Shown: in pieces, positions 1-9,290 of the stretch | Position numbering within the stretch: position 1 is the stretch's first letter | Layout: the number at the start of each line of letters is the position of its first letter | Origin: an uncultured Staphylococcaceae bacterium | GTDB lineage: Bacteria > Bacillota_I > Bacilli_A > RFN20 > CAG-826 | Direction: 5' to 3' | Assembly: GCA_964495145.1 (NCBI GenBank) | Contig: CAZBUP010000002.1 | Location: 1 to 54,678, forward strand | DNA: 54,678 nt | The notes under the pieces: generated by a model | Seen by the model: only the letters and a program-made list of their open reading frames with translations | What the model was told of the DNA's origin: nothing | Databases searched by the model: none | Made by a program: the position numbers and the translations under genes

Positions 1-1
1 C

Positions 2-460
2 ATCATCGCCCAAGTGGTCGCCGATTGGAACGTGGTTGCCTACGAGCACCAAGGTTACGTCCGCCATTTCGGAAGTTTGAAGCAATACTGCGACTATTCG
101 CTCGAATTATTGAATTATGATATCCGGAAGCGGCTGTTCCTGGAGGATTGGCCGATTTACACGGTCACCCATGACACCCCGCCGGCCAAATACGGCCACC
201 ACGCCCAAATCCGCAACAGCTTCATCGCCAACGGAAGCCGAATCGACGGTAAAGTCGTCAATTCGATCATCTCGCGCAACGTCGTCATCGAAGAAGGGGC
301 CGTCATCAAAAATTCAATCGTATTCACCGATACCAAAATCGGATCCGAGGTCCGTTTGACGCACGCCATCGTCGACAAATACGTCCGCATTCGCGAAGTC
401 AAAGACATCTCCGGGACCGAGCAAGACCCCTTATACGTCCGCCAAGGAGACCGCATTTAG
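2..460 (+). CDS. glgD: Glucose-1-phosphate adenylyltransferase family protein, C-terminal fragment, probably the GlgD-type regulatory subunit; the 5' end lies outside the window
   Basis: The frame is open from the window edge to TAG at 458-460. It contains left-handed beta-helix repeats (IANGSRIDGKVVNSIISRNVVIEEGAVIKNSIV). The region YEHQGYVRHFGSL lacks the WKDVGT-type motif I associate with catalytic GlgC. The gene sits directly upstream of glgA with a TAGTG stop/start overlap. Confidence 0.6.
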   Translation: MIAQVVADWNVVAYEHQGYVRHFGSLKQYCDYSLELLNYDIRKRLFLEDWPIYTVTHDTPPAKYGHHAQIRNSFIANGSRIDGKVVNSIISRNVVIEEGAVIKNSIVFTDTKIGSEVRLTHAIVDKYVRIREVKDISGTEQDPLYVRQGDRI

Positions 461-1887
461 TGAAAATATTGATGGTTGCCAGCGAAGCCAATCCCTACGC
501 CAAAACCGGCGGTCTCGCCGACGTCGTTTATTCCTTAAGCAAGGAATTGACGATCCAAGGCCACGAGGTGACCATCGTTTTGCCGTATTACCAATCGATC
601 GTCAAGAAGATTAATGGTTCCCTGAAAATGGTCGGCTCGTTTGATTTATACATGTCGTGGCGCAAACAGCACGCCGACTTGTATCGGACTTATCTCGACG
701 GCATCACCTATTATTTCATCGCCAACCCCTATTATTTCAACCGGGAAAACCTGTACGGTTATTATGATGACATCGAACGGTTCGCTTTCTTCACCCTGGC
801 GGTCCGCACCATGATGAAGTACCTTAAATTCAAACCGAAAATCGTCCATATCCACGATTGGCAGGCCGGGATGCTTCCGGTCCTGATCAAGGAACAGAAC
901 CGCGACGATCGCTTTTATGAAGCGATGAGGTTCGTCTTGACGATTCATAACCCGGCTTTCCAAGGCATGTTCGATCCGTTTTTGCTCGGCGATTTCTACG
1001 GATTGCCCGATGCGCTGTACCGCTCGGGCCAAGTCCGCTTCAAAGGGGCGGCCAGCAGCCTGAAAGCGGCCATCGTTTATTGCGACAAGGTGACGACCGT
1101 TTCCCCGACCCATGCCCAGGAGCTGTTGACCGAAGCCGGCGGCCACGACTTGAATCACGTGCTCCAGTATTGCCTTGACGATTATTCGGGCATCCTCAAC
1201 GGCATTGACTACGAGGAATGGAATCCCCAAACCGACGCTTACATTTATAAGAACTTCAGTTACCTCGATTACAAGACCAATAAGAAGATCAATAAAATCC
1301 AGTTGCTGGAAGGATTGGGCCTCGCCAAAGGCGAAGGCCCGCTGTTCGGCCTCGTGTCGCGCCTGACTTGGCAAAAGGGCCTCGACTTGGTGGTGGCCGC
1401 CATTCCCTTCTTGGTCGGCAAGGGCGGAACCCTCGTGATCCTCGGTTCCGGCGAATATGCCGCCGAGCAAGATCTCGTCAAGATGATGGAACGCTACCCG
1501 GGAAAAGTCTACGTCAAGATCGGCTATGACGAGGAGTTGGCCCACCGCATCTACGCTTCGAGCGACTTCTTTTTGATGCCGTCGCTGTTCGAACCGTGCG
1601 GCATCTCGCAGATGATCAGCCTCCGCTACGGAACCTTGCCCCTGGTCCGCCTTGTCGGCGGTCTCAAGGACACGGTCACCCCGTTCACGGGCGCCAACAT
1701 TGACCACGCCAACGGGTATGGTTTTCACGACTATGCGGCTTCGGCCCTCATCGACACCGTGGCCTGGGCCGTCCAAAACTATCAACAAAAGGATATATCC
1801 GACCAATTGATCTACAATGCTTTTAGAAGCCAAAACGACTGGGCGAGTTCGGCCCAGGCCTATTTGAAATTATACGAATCGATTTAG
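460..1887 (+). CDS. glgA: Glycogen synthase (ADP-glucose type)
   Basis: The N-terminus MKILMVASEANPYAKTGGLADVV matches the GlgA KTGGL motif, and the 475-aa length is typical. The GTG start overlaps the upstream stop. Confidence 0.93.
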   Translation: MKILMVASEANPYAKTGGLADVVYSLSKELTIQGHEVTIVLPYYQSIVKKINGSLKMVGSFDLYMSWRKQHADLYRTYLDGITYYFIANPYYFNRENLYGYYDDIERFAFFTLAVRTMMKYLKFKPKIVHIHDWQAGMLPVLIKEQNRDDRFYEAMRFVLTIHNPAFQGMFDPFLLGDFYGLPDALYRSGQVRFKGAASSLKAAIVYCDKVTTVSPTHAQELLTEAGGHDLNHVLQYCLDDYSGILNGIDYEEWNPQTDAYIYKNFSYLDYKTNKKINKIQLLEGLGLAKGEGPLFGLVSRLTWQKGLDLVVAAIPFLVGKGGTLVILGSGEYAAEQDLVKMMERYPGKVYVKIGYDEELAHRIYASSDFFLMPSLFEPCGISQMISLRYGTLPLVRLVGGLKDTVTPFTGANIDHANGYGFHDYAASALIDTVAWAVQNYQQKDISDQLIYNAFRSQNDWASSAQAYLKLYESI

Positions 1888-1919
1888 CGCATTTTGCTAA
1901 AGCGTGCTATAATCTACCA

Positions 1920-2112
1920 TATGACGGCGTTCGCTAAGAAACGCGCCCCCTAGAGAGCCTTGGCGTGGTGAAACAAGGCAACTGGCGTTTCGTCTCACGA
2001 ACATCCATCCGTCAACGGTCCCCCGATATCGGAAATCAAGCGCACAATCTATTTGTGAATTAAGGTGGTACCGCGCGGCAGCGTCCTTAACCAGGGGCGT
2101 TTTTCTTTTTTT
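1920..2112 (+). promoter_or_regulatory. T-box riboswitch leader of leuS, with predicted specifier CUC (Leu)
   Basis: An extended -10 element TGcTATAAT lies at 1905-1913. Stem I elements are present (AGAGAG, and a GGTGAAA distal loop). CUC at 1994-1996 is followed by A and then by helix CGAAC, which pairs with GTTCG at 1929-1933. The T-box motif AATTAAGGTGGTACCGCG is at 2058-2075. A terminator hairpin (GCGTCC/GGGGCGT) and a T-run end at 2112, followed directly by RBS AGGAGG at 2113-2118. Confidence 0.88.
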
Positions 2113-2125
2113 AGGAGGTAAACGA

Positions 2126-4528
2126 ATGATTTACGACTTCATGAACATCGATCGCAAATGGCAGAAACGCTGGGCCGACGGCCAAGTTTTCAAAACCGAC
2201 CTTTACGATTTTTCCAAACCGAAATATTACGTTCTGGACATGTTTCCCTATCCATCGGGCCAGGGTCTTCACGTTGGGCATCCCCGCGGATACCTGGCCA
2301 CCGACATCGTTGCCCGGATGAAACGCATGCAAGGGTATAACGTCTTGCATCCAATGGGATGGGACGCCTTTGGCCTCCCGGCCGAGCAGTACGCGATCAA
2401 AACGGGGCATCATCCGGCCGCCTTTACCAAACGGAACATCGATACCTTCCGGCGCCAAATCCAACAACTGGGCCTTAGTTACGATTGGTCGTTGGAGCTG
2501 GCGACGACCGATCCCGGCTACTACCATTGGACTCAATGGATTTTTTTGAAGCTGTTTGAAAACGGCTTGGCCTATATCGACGAAAAACCAGTCAACTATT
2601 GCCCGGCTTTGGGGACGGTCCTTTCCAACGAGGAAGTGGTTGACGGCAAAAGCGAAGTCGGGGGCTTCCCCGTCATCAAAAAATGGATGAAGCAATGGGT
2701 GTTGAAGATCACGGCTTATGCCGATAAACTCCTGTCCGGGCTTGACGAGCTCAACTGGCCGAACAGCACCGTTTTGATGCAAAAAAACTGGATCGGGCGC
2801 TCCGAGGGAACCGACATCACCTTTAAAGTCCAGGGTAGCGACCGGTCATTCAACGTGTTCACGACCCGGGCCGACACGCTGTTCGGCTGCACGTATTGCT
2901 GCCTGGCTCCGGAACATCCGATGGTGAAGCAGATCACCACGGCGGCGCAACAAGGGCCTGTCGAGGCCTACGTTCAAGCCACCGTCAATAAATCGGATCT
3001 TGAACGGACCGAACTCAACAAAGAGAAAACCGGCGTCTTCACCGGCGCTTATGCCATCAATCCCATCAATCAGGAAGCCGTTCCGATTTGGGTCGCCGAT
3101 TACGTCTTGGCCGGTTACGGCGGCGGGGCGGTCATGGCCGTGCCGGCCCACGACGACCGCGACTACGAATTTGCGACCAAACATCGGCTGCCGATCAAAC
3201 AAGTGGTCGTTGGCGACGTCAGCCAGTCGGCTTATACCGGCGAAGGAAGCCATATCAACTCGGGCTTCATCGATGGCTTAGGCGTGGAAGACGCCAAAAA
3301 GGCCGTTACCGAAGCCTTGGTCCGCCAAGGCGATGGCCAAGCGCGCATTCAATATAAACTGCGCGACTGGTTATTTTCGCGGCAACGGTATTGGGGCGAA
3401 CCGATTCCCATCGTATTTTTAGAAGGAAATAGCCAACCCATGGCTTTGAAGTACGCCGATTTGCCGCTGCTTTTGCCCGAACTCGAAGCCTATAAGCCGA
3501 GTGGCGAAGGCTTGTCACCCTTGGCTAGCGCCAAAGACTGGGTCAATACGACCTATGAGGGGCATCTCGCCCAGCGGGAGACGAACACGATGCCCCAATG
3601 GGCGGGCTCTTGCTGGTATTATCTCCGGTTCATCGACCCGCACAACCCCGATGCGTTCGCCGATCCGGCTTTATTGAAACATTGGCTTCCGGTCGATTTG
3701 TACATCGGCGGGGCCGAGCATGCCGTCTTGCATTTGCTATACGCCCGGTTCTGGCACAAGTTCTTGTACGATCAAGGTCTCGTGTCCACGAGCGAGCCGT
3801 TCAAACGGTTGTTCCACCAAGGGATGATTTTGGGCGACAACGGCGAGAAGATGTCGAAATCCCGCGGCAACGTCGTCAATCCCGACGACATCATCGCCAC
3901 CTTCGGCACCGATTCGTTGCGGCTGTACGAAATGTTCATGGGGCCGCTTGAAGCGACTTTGCCGTGGTCGACGACTGGGTTAGACGGGGCCAAACGCTTC
4001 ATCGACCGGGTGGCCCGCTTGTTGAGCGAACCCGAAGCCGTCGCCTTGCATACCGATGTCAACGACCATCAATTGGATTATATTTATCATTACACCGTCA
4101 AAAAAGTCACGTCCGACATCGATTCGCTGCAACTGAACACCGCCATCTCGCAAATGATGATTTTCGTCAACGAAGCCTATAAAGCTAAAACGTTGTATCG
4201 GCCCTACTTGATTGGTTTCTTGAAACTGTTCAGCGTGTTCTGCCCCCACGTCGGCGAAGAACTTTACGAATTGATGGGCTTCAAGGGTGGCTTGACGCAT
4301 GCGCCTTGGCCGATCCATGAGGAAGCTAAGCTTCGCCGCGACGAGGTGGAAATGGCCATCCAAATCAACGGAAAACTGCGCCAAACGCTCAAAGTAACCG
4401 TCGACGTCGAAGAGGAAACGTTGAAATCATTAGTGCTTGAGGATGCCACCGTGCGTCGCTTCCTCGAGGACAAGCCGATCCGACGCTGGGTCATCGTCAA
4501 AAACAAAATCGTCAATATCGTCATTTAA
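2126..4528 (+). CDS. leuS: Leucyl-tRNA synthetase
   Basis: 800 aa. It carries class I signatures: a HIGH-type motif ([16 protein letters not shown]) and KMSKS ([10 protein letters not shown]). An AGGAGG RBS lies 7 nt upstream. Confidence 0.97.
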   Translation: MIYDFMNIDRKWQKRWADGQVFKTDLYDFSKPKYYVLDMFPYPSGQGLHVGHPRGYLATDIVARMKRMQGYNVLHPMGWDAFGLPAEQYAIKTGHHPAAFTKRNIDTFRRQIQQLGLSYDWSLELATTDPGYYHWTQWIFLKLFENGLAYIDEKPVNYCPALGTVLSNEEVVDGKSEVGGFPVIKKWMKQWVLKITAYADKLLSGLDELNWPNSTVLMQKNWIGRSEGTDITFKVQGSDRSFNVFTTRADTLFGCTYCCLAPEHPMVKQITTAAQQGPVEAYVQATVNKSDLERTELNKEKTGVFTGAYAINPINQEAVPIWVADYVLAGYGGGAVMAVPAHDDRDYEFATKHRLPIKQVVVGDVSQSAYTGEGSHINSGFIDGLGVEDAKKAVTEALVRQGDGQARIQYKLRDWLFSRQRYWGEPIPIVFLEGNSQPMALKYADLPLLLPELEAYKPSGEGLSPLASAKDWVNTTYEGHLAQRETNTMPQWAGSCWYYLRFIDPHNPDAFADPALLKHWLPVDLYIGGAEHAVLHLLYARFWHKFLYDQGLVSTSEPFKRLFHQGMILGDNGEKMSKSRGNVVNPDDIIATFGTDSLRLYEMFMGPLEATLPWSTTGLDGAKRFIDRVARLLSEPEAVALHTDVNDHQLDYIYHYTVKKVTSDIDSLQLNTAISQMMIFVNEAYKAKTLYRPYLIGFLKLFSVFCPHVGEELYELMGFKGGLTHAPWPIHEEAKLRRDEVEMAIQINGKLRQTLKVTVDVEEETLKSLVLEDATVRRFLEDKPIRRWVIVKNKIVNIVI

Positions 4529-4549
4529 TCGTCATCGGTCAAAGGAAAA

Positions 4550-4579
4550 GTGGCCACCCGGGCGGGCGGCCACTTTTTT
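4550..4579. terminator. Bidirectional intrinsic terminator between convergent leuS and the lipoprotein gene
   Basis: The stem GTGGCC (4550-4555) / GGCCAC (4568-4573) is followed by TTTTTT on the plus strand and by a T-rich tract on the minus strand. Confidence 0.75.
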
Positions 4580-4599
4580 AGTGGACAAGAATCAGAACC

Positions 4600-5721
4600 T
4601 TAGCCCATCTGGGCTTCGGACATATCGAAATAATCATCGAAATCGGTCGGGAAGGTGATGGAAACGGCTTCCGAGAATTTGTTGATTTCGAAGGTAATGG
4701 TCGAATCGACGTCAATGGTGGTGTCGACGTCAACATAAGTATCGACCCATTCAGAGATTTCGGAATCATAGTAGCCGCCGACATATTCTTCTTCGGCGAT
4801 GTCCAAGGTGGCGTCGACTTCAAATTCGAACTTCTTGAGGATGTTCTTGGCGGTGTCGATTTGAACTTCAATCCGAAGAATGTCAAGATCGATCATGTCG
4901 ACGATCATGTTCACCTGTTCGTCAATGATGGCTTGCAGGCTGGCGTCGATGCTGGACGGGAAATCATCGGTCGACATCCGAACGATTTGGAGCATGACCG
5001 ACTCGATCAATTCAGGCAGGTCGTCCTGGGTCAGCGTATAAGTAATGGTGAGGACACCAGCGGAGGCCGTGGCCGTGACGTTGGGAAGCAAAGCCATAAT
5101 CGGCAGCATTTGGCCAATGGCTTCATCGACTTCGGACGATGTTGGAGCAAATCCGGCTTCGGTCATGTCGGGGATTTCAAGATCTTCAACCGAGCCAACC
5201 GGTCCCTTAATCTTGGTCGGGAACTCTTCAGAGGATTCCGCTTCGCCGAATAATGCTTCGACTAGGGACGGAGTCTGGGAAAGATCGAGGTAGGCATATT
5301 CGCCATCATAATAGGCATTGGCTTCTTCGTCGGTCACCGAGATATCGACAAAAGTTTCCTCGGTATCGGCGGCGTGAACAGTGGCTTGGTTGACGGTGAC
5401 GTTCAACGCGGCTTTGGGACTGGCGCCCCACAAGTCGTTGACTTTGACGTTGACGGACCCATCAAGCACGACATCAATATCGGTATCGTAGTATTCGTAT
5501 TCGTTGGCGGCGTAATCCTGGACAACCGATACCGTGGAATCAGCGGTCAAGGTGGCATCGATGGAACCGACGGTCATATTGGTCATATTGGCCATGGCTC
5601 GGATCATTGCGGTATTTGCTTCTTCGGCACCAACCTCGGAAGTTTTGCTACCACCCAAATCGCATGCTGACAATGCACCTAAGGCAAGAATGGTCAGAAT
5701 GTAAGTAAGCGTTTTCTTCAT
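4600..5721 (-). CDS. Highly acidic lipoprotein of unknown function
   Basis: The signal peptide MKKTLTYILTILALGALSAC contains the lipobox L-S-A-C. An AGGAGG RBS at 5729-5734 lies 7 nt upstream. The mature part is very rich in D/E/T/V, has few K/R, and includes repeated DxD stretches (VDTYVDVDTTIDVDSTITFE). I recognise no family. Confidence 0.8.
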   Translation of the reverse strand: MKKTLTYILTILALGALSACDLGGSKTSEVGAEEANTAMIRAMANMTNMTVGSIDATLTADSTVSVVQDYAANEYEYYDTDIDVVLDGSVNVKVNDLWGASPKAALNVTVNQATVHAADTEETFVDISVTDEEANAYYDGEYAYLDLSQTPSLVEALFGEAESSEEFPTKIKGPVGSVEDLEIPDMTEAGFAPTSSEVDEAIGQMLPIMALLPNVTATASAGVLTITYTLTQDDLPELIESVMLQIVRMSTDDFPSSIDASLQAIIDEQVNMIVDMIDLDILRIEVQIDTAKNILKKFEFEVDATLDIAEEEYVGGYYDSEISEWVDTYVDVDTTIDVDSTITFEINKFSEAVSITFPTDFDDYFDMSEAQMG

Positions 5722-5904
5722 GTTTATTCCTCCTATGAAACTTACTTTTTTATATTATGCTGATTTTTAATAAAATACTAGTACCACAACTCGAGTTTCT
5801 TCAACAATGCGTAATTCGTTTTACCGTCGGTGAAATTCGGTTATAATATATAGGAATCCATCAAGCACGATACTTGCGGAAGCAAGATGGTAGCAAGGAG
5901 ATCC

Positions 5905-6681
5905 ATGATCATCGCATTTGATTTGGGCAATACCGCCCTGACCATCGGTGTTTACGAGCAAGGCCGGCTGAAACATCGTTTTTTTACGACGGCCGATTTG
6001 ACGCGGACGAGCGTCGAATACCGCCTGATTATCCAGTCCTTCATGGAAGCGACTCCGTTTGATTATCAAGATTGCGAAGCCATCGTATTCAGCAGCGTGG
6101 TCCCACCCCTAGCCGCGGTAGTCAAAGAAGCCATCGCCGACTTATTCGCGGCGCCGATCCTGACGGTCGGACGCAAAGCCAAAACCGGGATTGCCCTCCA
6201 CGTCGACCATCCTTCGGAAGTCGGGGCTGACCTTGTCAGCGCCAGCGTCGGGGGCCTATATAAATACCAAGCGCCTCTCGTCATCGCCGATCTTGGCACG
6301 GCCACGAAAATCATCGCCATTGACGCGGGCGGCGCTTTCGTTGGGGTGACGATTGCCCCTGGGCTCATGGTTTCACTCCAAGCTTTGATTGGAAGAGCCT
6401 CACTCTTGCCGGAGGTCGATTTGGAATTGCCGCATCAGGTGATTGGCCGGAATACTAACGACGCCATCAACGGCGGGACTTTATACGGCCACGCCGCCCT
6501 TGTCCAAGGTTTGGCAGCCCAAGTCCAAAAAGAATTGGGAACCGACAAACCGGTCATTTTGACCGGCGGTTACGCCAAGCACGTCAAAAGCCTGTTGCCC
6601 CAGTTCATTTACGATGAAAATTTATTGTTGGACGGTTTATACCAAATCTATTTGAAAAACCGAGGTCTTAAAAATGAATAA
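5905..6681 (+). CDS. coaX: Type III pantothenate kinase
   Basis: MIIAFDLGNTALTIGVY is the typical CoaX N-terminal (ASKHA phosphate-1) motif, and the length of about 258 aa fits. RBS AAGGAG at 5895-5900 favours ATG 5905 over the ORF-track ATG at 5887. Confidence 0.88.
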   Translation: MIIAFDLGNTALTIGVYEQGRLKHRFFTTADLTRTSVEYRLIIQSFMEATPFDYQDCEAIVFSSVVPPLAAVVKEAIADLFAAPILTVGRKAKTGIALHVDHPSEVGADLVSASVGGLYKYQAPLVIADLGTATKIIAIDAGGAFVGVTIAPGLMVSLQALIGRASLLPEVDLELPHQVIGRNTNDAINGGTLYGHAALVQGLAAQVQKELGTDKPVILTGGYAKHVKSLLPQFIYDENLLLDGLYQIYLKNRGLKNE

Positions 6682-7309
6682 CCCCAAGATTATCCAAATG
6701 TCGATCCATGCCATGTTCATCGGTCTCATGACCTTGATGACCTTCGTGCCCCAAGTCGGCTTTATTTCGCTTTCGCCTTTTGTATCCTTTACCTTGCTCC
6801 ACATTCCCGTGCTGTTCGGGGCCCTTCTTTTCGGTTGGAAAGCCGGGCTCATTTACGGATTCGCTTTTGGCGGATTATCGTTTCTGCGGGCTGTCGTCGC
6901 CCCGGTCAGCTTTCTCGACGTCTACTTTGCCAATCCGCTGATTTCGGTTTTGCCACGCATGGCTTTCGGGTTGGCGGCCGGCTTGATGTTCGATTTGGCC
7001 CGCAAGGTTTCCAAAAACGTCCTTAACAAACTGATTATCGCCGGATCCGGCGTCGTCATGACCCTGCTCCATTCGGTTTTGGTGTTATTATTTTTAGGGC
7101 TGCTCAGCGGTCCGGCCATCGAAGCCTCGGGCGACTTTGCCGGACTGGGATTTGCCACCTATTGGTTATTGATGGGATTCGTCATCTTGACTAATGGTAT
7201 CCCAGAAGCGGTTTTGGCGGGAATTCTCCTGCCGATCTTGGCTTTGGCCCTATCCCGTTATCCCCGTTTCCAATTGATTGCCGACGCTTTTAAGAAAAAG
7301 GAGCATTAA
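6674..7309 (+). CDS. ECF transporter substrate-specific (S) component, candidate pantothenate transporter PanT
   Basis: 211-aa polytopic membrane protein with the RibU/PanT-like signature (FTLLHIPVLFGALLFGWKAGLIYGFAFGG). It overlaps the 3' end of coaX by 8 nt, with a GAGG RBS. The PanT assignment rests on context only. Confidence 0.65.
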   Translation: MNNPKIIQMSIHAMFIGLMTLMTFVPQVGFISLSPFVSFTLLHIPVLFGALLFGWKAGLIYGFAFGGLSFLRAVVAPVSFLDVYFANPLISVLPRMAFGLAAGLMFDLARKVSKNVLNKLIIAGSGVVMTLLHSVLVLLFLGLLSGPAIEASGDFAGLGFATYWLLMGFVILTNGIPEAVLAGILLPILALALSRYPRFQLIADAFKKKEH

Positions 7310-7310
7310 C

Positions 7311-8678
7311 ATGAACTCGAAATTCAACGCATTCAGCCAAAAATACCTCCAAGAAGCCAATTCGATTCTCTCCGATTTTATAAAAATTCCCTCTGTTTAC
7401 GATGAAAAAACCATCGCCGAAGGGCAACCATTCGGCCTCGAGGTCAACCGGGCTCTGCGCTATATCGGGGACCGAGCCGAACGCGATGGCTTCGAAGTGA
7501 GCTACAATGACGGCTACGCGACCGAAATCAGTTTCGGGCACGGACCGTTGATCGGCGTTTACGCCCATGCCGACGTGGTGCCGGTCAGCGGCACATGGAC
7601 CTATCCTCCCTTCAGCGGCACGATCACCGACACGCGCATTTACGGCCGTGGGGCCACCGACGACAAAGGCCCGGCCGTCGCTAGTTACATGGCCATGCGC
7701 TTATTGAAGGATCATGGCTTGATCGATGGTTACCGGGTTCGCCTCGTCATCGGCGGGAACGAAGAACGCGGGAGCGCTTGCCTCCACCATTATTTCCACG
7801 CCCTTAAGAAACCGCACGCCGTGGCCGGGTTCACGCCCGACGGCGAATTTCCGCTCATTTACGGCGAAAAAGGCATTACCAATTATAAAATCGAGGGCCG
7901 GGCTACCTTAGGACCGATTCATCGCATCAAAGCCGGGGTCGTTTCCAATTCGGTGGCCGACCGCGCCGAAGCCGTCCTCGATCGCGACCCTTCGCTTGAA
8001 AAAGCCCTGGCCGCCACCGGATACCATTATTCGATTTCCCACGATGATAAGACGACGACGGTCACAATCCTAGGAAAAGCCGCCCACGGTTCGCTGCCGC
8101 AACTGGGCGTCAATGCCGGCATCCAATTGCTGCAGGTGTTGGGCGACCATTATCAGCTTGAACTGCTCCAACAACTCGCCTATCAATACGTTGAGCCGTT
8201 CGGACGCCATTTGGACGCTTATTATGAATCGGAATTGCTCCATTATTCGACGTATAACGTCGGATTGATCCATTATCAAAATAACCTCTTCTCGATGGTC
8301 GTCAATTTTCGGTATCCGGAAACGGTGTCCGTCAAAGACACGATTAAGCAGATCCAAAAGATTACCCCGCTGCCGATTACCGTCACCATGACCAGCCGCC
8401 ATCTATTGTTCGATCCGCAGTCGGCCATGGTCCAAACCTTGTTGCGGGCTTACCAAGAAGAAAGCGGGGATACCAAAACCGCCATGATGACCATCGGCGG
8501 GGGTACCTACGCCAAAGAAGCCGAGAACATCATCGCTTTCGGGCCCGGCTTCCCCGGCCAGGACGACCATATCCATGATTTCGACGAAAAGATCGACCTA
8601 GCCGATTTCCATCGCAGCATCGCCATCTACGCGCGCGCCATCAACGATTTGGGTCGGTTGTATGCGGCTCAAAAATAA
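7311..8678 (+). CDS. pepV: M20-family dipeptidase (PepV-like)
   Basis: The motifs IGVYAHADVVP, GRGATDDKGP and GGNEERGS are typical of the M20 metal and catalytic sites of PepV. RBS AAGGAG precedes ATG 7311; the ORF-track start at 7278 lies inside the previous gene. Confidence 0.85.
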   Translation: MNSKFNAFSQKYLQEANSILSDFIKIPSVYDEKTIAEGQPFGLEVNRALRYIGDRAERDGFEVSYNDGYATEISFGHGPLIGVYAHADVVPVSGTWTYPPFSGTITDTRIYGRGATDDKGPAVASYMAMRLLKDHGLIDGYRVRLVIGGNEERGSACLHHYFHALKKPHAVAGFTPDGEFPLIYGEKGITNYKIEGRATLGPIHRIKAGVVSNSVADRAEAVLDRDPSLEKALAATGYHYSISHDDKTTTVTILGKAAHGSLPQLGVNAGIQLLQVLGDHYQLELLQQLAYQYVEPFGRHLDAYYESELLHYSTYNVGLIHYQNNLFSMVVNFRYPETVSVKDTIKQIQKITPLPITVTMTSRHLLFDPQSAMVQTLLRAYQEESGDTKTAMMTIGGGTYAKEAENIIAFGPGFPGQDDHIHDFDEKIDLADFHRSIAIYARAINDLGRLYAAQK

Positions 8679-9285
8679 GCCGTGGGCGCAACCATTCATC
8701 GACGACCATCCCGATCTCGTTATTGACGAGGCCGAATTTCAGCGACAACTTAAAACGATTCATACGCCGGTCTATCTTGAAATCGGAAGCGGCAAGGGCC
8801 AATTTCTGATCACGATGGGGACCGCCCATCCCCAAAATGCCTATTACGGGGTGGAACGGGTCTTGGTCCCGATTGCCATCTCCGGACGGAAACTGATGGA
8901 GAAAGAGGCTCCCAACGTTCGCTTCGTTCACGCGGATATCACCTTTATCATAGGGGAAATCGAAGATCGCCGCTTCGATGGCATCTATTTGAATTTTTCC
9001 GATCCCTGGCCTAAGAAGCGCCATGAAAAACGGCGCTTGACCAGCGATTATTACCTGGTTCAATACGAACGAATCTTGAAACCGGGCGGATGCTTGGTTT
9101 TGAAAACCGACAATCGGGACTTTTTCGAATATAGCGTCAAGAATTTTTTGAAACATCGTTATAATATAGTATCGAGCGACCTCGACTATCGGTTTGACGA
9201 AACCGACGACGCCATGAGCGAATACGAAGCGGCGTTTCGGGCCATGGGACAGCCGATTCACCGCCTCAAGATCAGAAAGGAATAG
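8662..9285 (+). CDS. trmB: tRNA (guanine46-N7)-methyltransferase
   Basis: MRLKNKPWAQPFI... parallels the B. subtilis TrmB N-terminus. The SAM-binding motif YLEIGSGKGQF and the conserved FSDPWPKKRH are both present. Confidence 0.92.
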   Translation: MRLKNKPWAQPFIDDHPDLVIDEAEFQRQLKTIHTPVYLEIGSGKGQFLITMGTAHPQNAYYGVERVLVPIAISGRKLMEKEAPNVRFVHADITFIIGEIEDRRFDGIYLNFSDPWPKKRHEKRRLTSDYYLVQYERILKPGGCLVLKTDNRDFFEYSVKNFLKHRYNIVSSDLDYRFDETDDAMSEYEAAFRAMGQPIHRLKIRKE

Positions 9286-9290
9286 CATCT

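Noticed and set aside
646-1833. A 395-aa antisense ORF inside glgA, together with similar long antisense ORFs at 2111-2782, 12175-12792, 20768-21448, 32893-33531, 38303-39148, 39428-40165 and 44682-45272.
   Set aside because: The reasoning is the same as for the glgP antisense ORF. Each lies opposite a gene with clear homology, none has a start-site context, and their translations have repetitive V/D/G/H-rich composition. I treat them as compositional artefacts and not as overlapping genes.
5887-5904. Upstream start codons offered by the ORF track, considered for four genes:
- coaX: 5887.
- thrS: GTG 25918.
- ackA: 43946.
- gcvPB: 20000.
   Set aside because: In each case a strong Shine-Dalgarno sequence lies inside the proposed extension, at the correct distance from a downstream ATG. 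The downstream start also reproduces the conserved family N-terminus.
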